A DNA stretch of 55,691 bases, filler included, from Platydemus manokwari (Eukaryota), in NCBI GenBank assembly GCA_037951405.1. It is 5 parts of 5 records of this genome, joined end to end, with 100 filler letters (N's around TTAATTAATTAA, not from the genome) between each part and the next. Parts side by side here need not be neighbours in the genome. Positions count along the whole stretch, not along the records: positions 45,800 to 55,691 come from JBBMOY011192099.1; 4 more parts are not named here. The stretch is one strand, 5' to 3'. Shown piece after piece: positions 45,800-55,691 of this stretch. How positions within the stretch are numbered: the first letter of the stretch is position 1; each line of letters starts with the position of its first letter. The notes under the pieces were generated by a model. That model did no database searches, was not told the origin of the DNA, and worked only from the letters and a program-made list of their open reading frames with translations. Both the position numbers and the translations under genes were made by a program.

Positions 45800-48700
45800 A
45801 TATTTTCGTATAAAAGTATTTATTTAATATTGGGTGCTTAATTATTAATATTGAGTGTAATATTTTTAGTACAAAATGGGAAAGCCAAATATTTTTGTAT
45901 CGTTGTTATTATTATGTAATGAAAATACAGTGGTAATATGGATTAGGATTAAATTAAATAATAACGATTTTTTCGGAAAAACAGTAAGAAAAAAGCAAAC
46001 TATAAAATTGCATGCATACTATATACATATTTATGTATGAAAGTATACAATTTAAATGAATAAGATAATACTTGATTAAGAAATGGGCACGAAAAAATAT
46101 AAAAATAGAAGAATAACAGATGAAGTAACATAAAAACACCAAAAGATCAATGTGAAATTAAAGGAAAATATAAATATTTACGTAAATATTTATATTTTTC
46201 TCAAAATTATATAAAAATTATAGTCATTTCAAAGCTGTCAGTACAGATGCGATACATGAGATATAGAGTAAGGAGTATTACCGATCGAAAACAATAATAA
46301 AAGATAACTTGTTAAAAAATCAGAATTGACAAACCATTTTTATAGTTTTTATTACTGACTATTGAAATAAATATTTTAAAATGTCTCAAATTCTTTGAAA
46401 ACATCGACAAGAGAATCATTATCTGATTTTTTCTTTCTTAAATACAAGGCTGAATTAAATTAATGAGATGAAGATCTAAAGTGTGTTCAATAAATTTGGT
46501 ATAAATTATTTTCTCATCAATAACAAACGGATTTGTTGGCAATTAACTTTCGATGGGGTTTAATTTATAAAAAAAAGGCCAAGAGCAAAGTTGAAATTTT
46601 TATATTTGAGCTAAATTCCAATGGAAAATCAGAACTATTGCAATGACATCAAGGACTAAATAAAATCGATACACAATATTTCAATTGATTAATTCTATTG
46701 AGAATTGAAGTTTTAATTTTTGAAGATGAATAAATTTTTGTATTGAATAATATTGCTAACAGGATAATTTAAAAACATACTGAAATGAAGTCTAAAAAAT
46801 TAATAGAATATACTGAATAAGTGGCTGACACAGTTATTCCAAAATTTGTTAAATGTCACACTGAATACATATTTTTCAATATTATTGTCCAAATTGTGAC
46901 GGGTGTGATAGTATGCAACGTGTGAGAAAAAATATTAACATGATAAAAAAATTCCCAAACCAAAAATAATAATAATGAAGTTCGGTATATTATACAATCA
47001 AAAGATGAGAAAATGTCAAACTTATTGAAAATAATAAAATCTGTGAATAACAGTCATTTCAAGCTCCAAAACATAAAATGAAACTACAATTATGATTTGT
47101 AATTGTATAATAGAACTTATATTCTCAATGTAACCATAAGATTTCAATTATTGTGTCGATAGATATAAATACTGTAATATTCGGCTAAAGTAATACTGTC
47201 AACAGAGTCAATGTCCTAGTGTATCATTAATTTATATCGGAAGTTATTCCCGTCTTAACTGATATTAATAACTGTTAATTAACTCGAATTAGTATTCAAA
47301 CATGGTTATATATATATAACATAGAAGAATGGTATTTTAAGTGTGTACCAAATAGATGGGAGTCAGTTAGTTAGAACTGAATTAAATGGTTAAGAAAAAA
47401 TATATTAAAAAGTATAGAAACAACGTCAACCACTAATACCTTAAAGACAACAGAGATAAAAATAACAAAGGAACTGACGAAAATCAATACAAATATATGG
47501 GAAAAGAATAATAATACCACAAAAATAAATAGTAAATAACAACAATAATGATAGCAATCACTAAATATATGCTTAATAATTATCTAAAATTAAATATACA
47601 AGTAAAACAAGCTCGATTCCCCTGAACACGAATAACTGTCATTAAAGAGAAAATTTCGTATATACCAATACGCAAATAACCCTGCGCGCATAACGGCGAC
47701 AATAATAATACGTATAGCAGGAAATCTAACAAAAAACCTTTCAAAAAAACTAAAATAAAACGAAATAATATTCATAGATGCAAAAGTAATGTAGGATAAC
47801 AACTACAAGTTTCACCTAGTATCGATCTGTGTAACGAATTACGATAGTAAAACCATAATCAAAAATAAATATTGTTTCATGACAGAAATAAAACATTATT
47901 TCATAACCACAAATGGATTCAGAGATGCGGATAAAGTCGCAGTTAGTCTCCAAAATGATAATCGAAATTAAGGTAAAAGAAATAAGTTATTAATATGTAA
48001 TCAACTACAAGTCAAATTTAAAACATGTTAATATAGAATTAATAAACAAATTTATCATTAGTTTCTAAAACTGATACAGAAATAGTTTCAAACTTAACGG
48101 TTATATCAATATTTATCTACTCTTAACGTCTGGAGATATTCAAAGCATTTCTTCGATTTCTATGCAGATTTATAATAGTGATTCTTTGAGGACACGTACA
48201 TGTAAACATTTTGATTATTAATTTATTTTAATAATTATTAAATTTGAGGAGTCCCGAAATATCCCCGAGCTAGATTCTAAAATACATAAATAATTGGCTA
48301 TATAAAACTAAAAAAGAAAAAACACATTTTCAAAATTTTCTTATTTGGGTTTTATACAATCATAGGGTATAATAATACTAAAGATGGAGAAATGGCAGAG
48401 GCAGCCAATAATTAGACTCCTTTCTTCTCAATTCTGAAACAAAGACATAAGTAGAGAAAAATCAAGAGCTTTAATTTGACAAAGGAACACATGACAATAA
48501 AAAATAAGACAAAGACCGTTCGGCTATAAAAACTAACTGCTCAATCAGATTCTTGCTCAAAAATTGTTCAAACAAGATTTAAAGTCAACTCTAATAACGA
48601 GTTTAAACGCATTATATACATTCAAAAATTCTCGGAAAATATAATAAATTATTTGGAAGCATTGTTCATCGAATTCAACTTATTCCAAATTTCACAATGT

Positions 48701-51700
48701 TTCGATAATTCTATTTTATCGACAGAAACCACTAATTTCCAGAAATCAGAAAACTTTATTAATGATTACTTACTCTAAGATGATGTCACAAAGTAAATTT
48801 CATTTTTATGCAAAACAGATTCATCAATAATTGATTAAACTGTATTTCTATCTAGATTTAATTTGGATCAGTGTTGGATACAACCCATATAATAAATAAG
48901 CAAGAAATTATACATAAATTTTTTCAAAGTATTAATGCGACTCACCTTCCGAATAAAGAATATCATTTTATTTAAAAATATATAATCTAAACCATTGATT
49001 TTCTAAATATAGTATTCATAAATAATTTAACGAAAAAAGTAATAATAAATACTAATAGTATCATAAAATTAAAATCAAGAAGAAATTTAAGAAAAACATA
49101 AATAATGAATGTACTATTAAATTGAAAGACACACTTTAGGCAAATCAACATAATCGGGTAATTGAAGATTGATAAAACTAGACTTTAACAACTCAGTGAA
49201 TTAATAGAAAATAAAATGACACAACCAAATATGGTTAAATTAAATCTATCAGACTAGACCTACTCGATGAATTAATAGAGATCAGAACGACATGTTAAAA
49301 ACTAAATACTAATAGATCAATTTAGAAGAAACAGCAGACGCCTAAAATTTAAAAATCATAATTTAATCAAGACTATTTAACAAGTGATATCTCATATTAG
49401 CTAACTTTATTTCGAAAACCGATTACGGAAATTAATTTACATTAAACATTGCAATAGAATAACAATCATTTACATCTTTAAAAATCTACTGTAAAATTAA
49501 ATTTAAATAAAGCATTGTGATCTAATCACAATTGTTTCAGATCAAAAGGCCTATTAAAAATCATTAGGGTGAACCATTGTTGTGACACCTAACATCAGCA
49601 TACTGAGTAACTTTACTTATTTTTCAATAAAATTCCTATAACTTACATTTTAAATATTACCTACATTACAAACTTTAGCTTGAACTCAATTCAACTAAAG
49701 TAAATAATTAAATAAAATCACTCTTAAAAATAAGTACAATTATGTGATTACGGAGACATAAAACTTAATCACTTTTAAGTTATTCAGCAGATTAGGTCTA
49801 TTACGGGCAGGGCCATAAGATTTACCCCTGATAATAAATACCCCTATCAAGATAGAACCACAATAACGATAGCGAACATAATTAAAGATATAATACCTCC
49901 GTGGTGTTATTTGCCTTATTTTTATTTTATATTTTAATCATTGTATTTTATTGAATTTTTTGTACAAACAGCCACATTAGAACTTATAAAAACAAAAATA
50001 TTTTATTGCTGAGTTATTTATTCTATTGTTGGTTTACATTTTAAATATTTATATTCACCCATAAATATGCATACACCAATTATGTTATAATTAAATAAAT
50101 TTTAAATTAATCATATGGATATAATGTGCTGGCAAATCACCAAAAACTAGAGCTCTTTATGATTCGTAAACTTAATAAATGGTATAAATGTACTTATAGT
50201 TGATCACATCAAAAGAATATGGCATAAACCTTTAGTTTTCAGAATTTTTCCAATAATTTTTAATTATAAAAAATATTGAAACTCCTTCATCGAACCACGA
50301 GACAGAATTATACCAAACAAATTATACTTAGTTAATATGAATATCTTAATTAACAAAATTTTCATTTATGTATTGTACTTCATGTAACCAACTACCAAGA
50401 CTCACAGCATAGCTAATACTTGCAAACTGTTTAATCTAACAAATTTTCTCACAGGCCTAACTTTGACCAAGGTTCTATAAAATTAACTAGTCACTACTAT
50501 TGTTTACCCAATACTATTATCTGTGATCAATGCGGAACAACTGCTTTCATAAAAATTTCAATCCACATTATTATTTTCTATTATCATAATACTACATTTT
50601 TCGAATTTCTCGAATTATTTATTATATTATTTATTTGTTATTTTGATTACTATATCACTTGAGTAATCAGTAATCTATATTACCTACAGAGTCATAGTGT
50701 GAGAATATCAGTCATTATAGGTAAAAAGTTACTGCTGCTACTTATTCCCATCACCACATAAAACTCTAATATATGTAACGAAATAAGTGCAATAAATTTG
50801 TTGAGGTTCCACCAAAATTTACGATTTTGTGATGACTTATTTAATAATTAATACTTTATGATTAGATTTTTATGTAAAAAAATGAAAAAGTGAATGTCAA
50901 TTTATTATAATCTAAAAGTTTTAAAATTAATAAAATCATTTATAAATGAATTAATTTGAAGGCCCATATTTGTAGTAAAATAATAGATAAGTAAAATTGT
51001 AATTACTAGATATGCTTACAAGCCTTAATCCCAAAAAACCATCAATATCGAAATGCATCAACTTTCAACGACATTAAACTGATAGACTGATAATCTAGAC
51101 TATAAATTTATGAAATAGATTGAGTTATAAATTTTTATTGACAATTTATAAATAATTAGCTTGTTTTAATGGTTATAGACAACCAGGCTTAACATATATG
51201 AAATTGGTGAAAGAAATAATAAATGCTTTATTTTGTAAAATAATGTTTGTATCAATAGTTGTCAAAAATATTTGGGTACACTATTTGTTGGTGGCTAGAA
51301 ATAATAATGATACATATCAATTGTGTGAAGAAGAACAAACTCAATCCAAATATGAAATTATCAATACATCTAAATCATCAATTCAAAAATCAAACCATTC
51401 ATATACTTTAAAGCCAATATAAATCCACCTGGACATTACACAATTCAAATATAAATAATTCCAATTCGATCAAACAATCTCAAATATTAACCATTATAAT
51501 TCTTGTCAACAAAGTAAATTCAATATATACTAATTCCAATCCAAATAACAATTATTAATGTGACACGTAACAATTATTGATAAAAATAATTATTAGTAGA
51601 CACTTGTGTTTAATTGTCTACCCTTTAATGTTTATAGCTCTCTTTTGATATCATTCTATTGTATTAATTTTGACTGATAATGTATTACTTTAAGCTATAT

Positions 51701-51805
51701 AATAATGATCAGCTTTTATGACCCAAGTCATATAACTTTAATACTATGAAAATTAGACTAACAAACCAAATATTAATAAATAAATTATTGTGATTAACTT
51801 CATAA

Positions 51806-52730
51806 ATGATGCAACGAAGAGAAAATATTAGAATATCAAAATATGAATTTGCTTGTCTGGAAAATTGTTGTCACCTATTTTGCTTCCCATGTACAAAGAC
51901 ATGTACTTTGAAAAAATCCTTTATGTCCTTCATGTTCATTCAGGAATTCGAGGTATTGGGAAACAAATCCATAGTAACTAATATAGATGTTTTCACACAT
52001 AATACAATTTCAGAGACAATCAAACAACTAGCCTTCACTGGATTTATCTCATATATGATATTTCTTAATTATTTTGATGAAAAATAAAATTTAGACGGTG
52101 AAAATTGTAACAAGAAAAATGCACCGTGGCCGATAGAATTTTAATAATCTTAAGTCTTACTTGATTGGAACTCCACAATTCATACGATTTATGTCAAATA
52201 CGACTTAAATAAAATAGATTACTTATATTAGTTATTATTATTATTTTTTATCGTTAATTTAATATAAAAGACTATTTCTTCGTTATGATAGTAATTTATG
52301 CGGAAAATAACGAATTCTTGATGACCGGATAGCTACCAATCTCTTGATATTGTTGGATAATTATAAACAATAAATAAGACTTGACTCCAATTCGAAAGTG
52401 TATTAATCAACACACGAATTACAAAATTTCAACTCAAACTTGGTTTTCAACTGGTACTTATCCATCTTTATATTCGCACTCTGTGCAATTTTTTATATTA
52501 TGTTGCATCATATTTTGATTTTATATTTGTTTTCTGTGTTTTTGGGCCTTTAAGTTTTAACATAAGTGGGATTGGTCAATCCCTATGTGTGTTGTTGTGT
52601 AGCTATGCTTCTTTTTTCCAATTGTAGTTCACCATCTAACTTCACTATTATTGGCTGATTGCTATGTCTGCACGACTGTGTAGTTATGCGAATGTTTAAA
52701 GTTCCAAAACAAGGGTTCCAAGCTGCAGTT
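51806..52730 (+). mobile_element. Degenerate Penelope-like RT remnant plus terminal repeat
   Basis: IDVFTHNTISETIK resembles RT 'DV.SLFTNIP..ETI'; downstream 52440-52730 is homologous to the 13630-14350 repeats, including the GGGATTGGTCAATCCC hairpin. Confidence 0.45.
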
Positions 52731-55691
52731 TTTTTTTCTTTTTAAAGTTTCATTTCACTCAAAATTATAGAAAATGGGTACATAATTTAAAATATGAAAA
52801 ATATAACCACTACGTAATAACTTATTTAATGTTCAAAAAGTACTCCTAAAAGCAACCGCACAATGAAAAATAAAGAAAACTCAAATTATATTATTTTTAA
52901 AAGTAGATTCATTTTAACACTATAATTATCAAATTGATAATTACAACAGAATAACATTAATTTTAAATTCACTACGTACTGGTAGTGAATGCTCGTAACA
53001 CGTAGGAAAAAAATCGATACATACACAAGTACATGTCAGTAACAATAGCTACGAGATAATTAAAAATATGACCTATTTATACACCTTAAATTGTAAAATC
53101 TATATGAACTATAAAACTAAAAATCCGAACTTTTGAAAGCACTACGACAACCATCTAAATCCAAAATATTCCGATCCAACTTTAGCGAGCTCGTTTGTAT
53201 TACTAAAATATAATGAAGAGCAAGCCATTCATTTCAAAAAATATTACATAAAGAAAGCACAATAATTCTCCCACAAAAAATTACTTCGAGAAACGACTGG
53301 AGATATTTTAAAAACTATTTAGAGAAGAATTTATCATCCCTGTTAATTGACAGAACCGTGTAAAACTTTCTTTAATCTAAACGTTTACCTTTTGATGCAC
53401 TATCAAGTAATTAACAAATTAATTATTATTAATCAATTTTATAGTTGACTTCATTTGTTACCTTTTTCTAATATCCGCTAAAGTGGATATTGGCATGTGC
53501 AGTAAACCACGCATTTTAGCAAAAGATTTTTGTTACTATACCATTTATTCACTTTTCATTTTTCACATATAGATATTTATTAACTAAATTTATCGTTCTG
53601 ATATTTTGAGCACAGTAATAGAATGTATTATCATTGTCAGTATGTAATATCTCTATCAATTAAGAGTTAATACAAATCACTGCAGGAAGAATCAAATATT
53701 TGCTGAAACATTCAATAAAAACTTAATCAGCAATCTTTAGATAATTTCAGTATGTTTTCTGTTAACATCGTTTCAGCATGTGTAATTGAAACTTTATATG
53801 ATTAGTGTAAAATATAACCTCAAAATCATTTAAAAACTATAATAATTTAATAATTACACCGTTTTAGTGGAATGACTTACATATGACTTATGTAATAAAT
53901 TTTGCTGTTATTTGCTGTGATGATTTAATGTCTATTGTAAAGGAATAAGCTAAGAGCCACTATAAAGGGGTATAAAGAATATGAATAGTAATAATGTATC
54001 AATGTTGGGATACACCCCAGCCCAAAACATTTTCGTACACATCTCCCGAAATATTTTATACACACCAGTCCGAAACATTTTTACATTAAGCTATATATAA
54101 TTTCAGTAACCCCATCCCATGATCATAAATTTTGAGCGTTAAAAAAAACACAAATAACAAAAAACAACGAACCACTCGAGTAAACTATTGTAATAATCGA
54201 ATAAATAAACTTCAGAAAAATTGACATTCTTTATTCAATCAAGATATCAAAACGAAGCTCTTTACTAGAAAATGCAGTAGTCATTCAACTGAGAAACTGA
54301 CGATGAATTGTTATGTAAATTATAATAATCCTACGCAATTGTTCAATATTCTTTATTTGTAACAATATAGTGTTACAAACCCCCATGAAATAACTAGTTG
54401 GAATTAAAATCAATATTCACAATTCGATTTAATAGAGGCAAATTAATAAATTTTTGTTCCTGACTTTTATTTATAAATACTGTTGAAGTTCTAATCCAAC
54501 AGCAATTAATAATTCTCAAAGAATCCTGACCAATAACAATCAATAATCTATTCAGTGATTACAAAATTTCCAATAATTAAGAATACATTGTGATTTTTAA
54601 CTTACGAAAAGTGACTTATTTTATAATTGTGATATCTTTTGAATTAAACAATAAATAATAATTTTATTGTAAAATTATAAATAAATTATCTTAAATGATT
54701 CACAATTTTATGTTGATTAACAATTATTATTGGTAAATGATTTACAATTTTGATTTTTATGGATAAATGGATTAGCAAAAAAGTTATAAACTAGAAGTCG
54801 ATAATTAATCTGTACTAATAAAATTGAATTCAATAACTAAAACACGATGGTCAATAGAGCCTGTAGTCTCTAAAACACACCGGTTCACAAAAGACAACCA
54901 AAAGTAACAACAAACTAGTTATTACAACAATTGACTCAACGATAACTCATCTTTGCATCGTTATATATACTTGAACATTGGGGTGTTTATGTGTTAGATT
55001 TTAATTCGACAATTTATTTAGACAATTTCAATTGGACTTATCGATTTTCTAGAATATTTTTGTAATAATATACGTCTACCAAATTGTTATATCCCATGTG
55101 CATCATCTCTGATTAGTTGATTACTAAGACTGTGTGGTTGTATAGGCATTACATGTGCAATGTCAAAACAAGAGTTCCACGGTGCCAAAATCGCAGTTTG
55201 TGTGACATTTATCTTTAGTCTTTATTCGTCTTTGATAATCGATTGTACAATCAATCAAGTAATAACAGTCTATATACATACATCATGTAATTCCGATGTT
55301 ATACATTTAAGGGTTAGGATAAGCAGTAAAATAATTCATAAATATAATTCCATCATTTAATGGAATTTAATTCTAGCCCTGGATTCGGAATAATACGCGA
55401 AAATTCTAAAAATTGTTTTAGAAAAATAGCAGTTTGAATTTCATATTTAATGACCCTTAAAACAAATCTAACTTAAAAATTTAATTATTTTAACAATAGA
55501 TACCCAAAAATTTAGATTATCTACATCACATCAAAACATTGCATATTGAACAAATTTCAATGCACAAATTACAAATTATAGAATTGAAAACAATACATAA
55601 ATAATCCAAACATTAAGAAATGCCATACGTTAAATATACATAAATGCATATTATTAAGATACAAGGATAATTGCTAAGTATTAAATGGTAA

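Noticed and set aside
46165-46198. 34-bp perfect AT-rich palindrome
   Set aside because: Low complexity and isolated, with no associated feature.

Overview
Very AT-rich eukaryotic (metazoan) genomic scaffold with many tiny (~42-60 nt) GT-AG introns and decayed transposons. It is most consistent with a flatworm/planarian, which is an inference from composition and gene content. The window is five contigs joined by identical artificial 100-bp N/TTAATTAATTAA/N linkers. Manually spliced genes: a Src-family SH3-SH2-kinase (-), two tandem intronless paralogous secreted proteins (+), NCBP3 (+), TMEM208 (-), a GPI-type Ly6/three-finger protein (+), a claudin/PMP22-like tetraspan (-) and PAT1/PATL1 (-). 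The highlight is a structurally intact U1 snRNA gene nested in the last PAT1 intron. Its splice-site recognition sequence reads ACUAACCUG instead of ACUUACCUG, so it is complementary to GUUAGU donors, and donors of this type occur in neighbouring genes.
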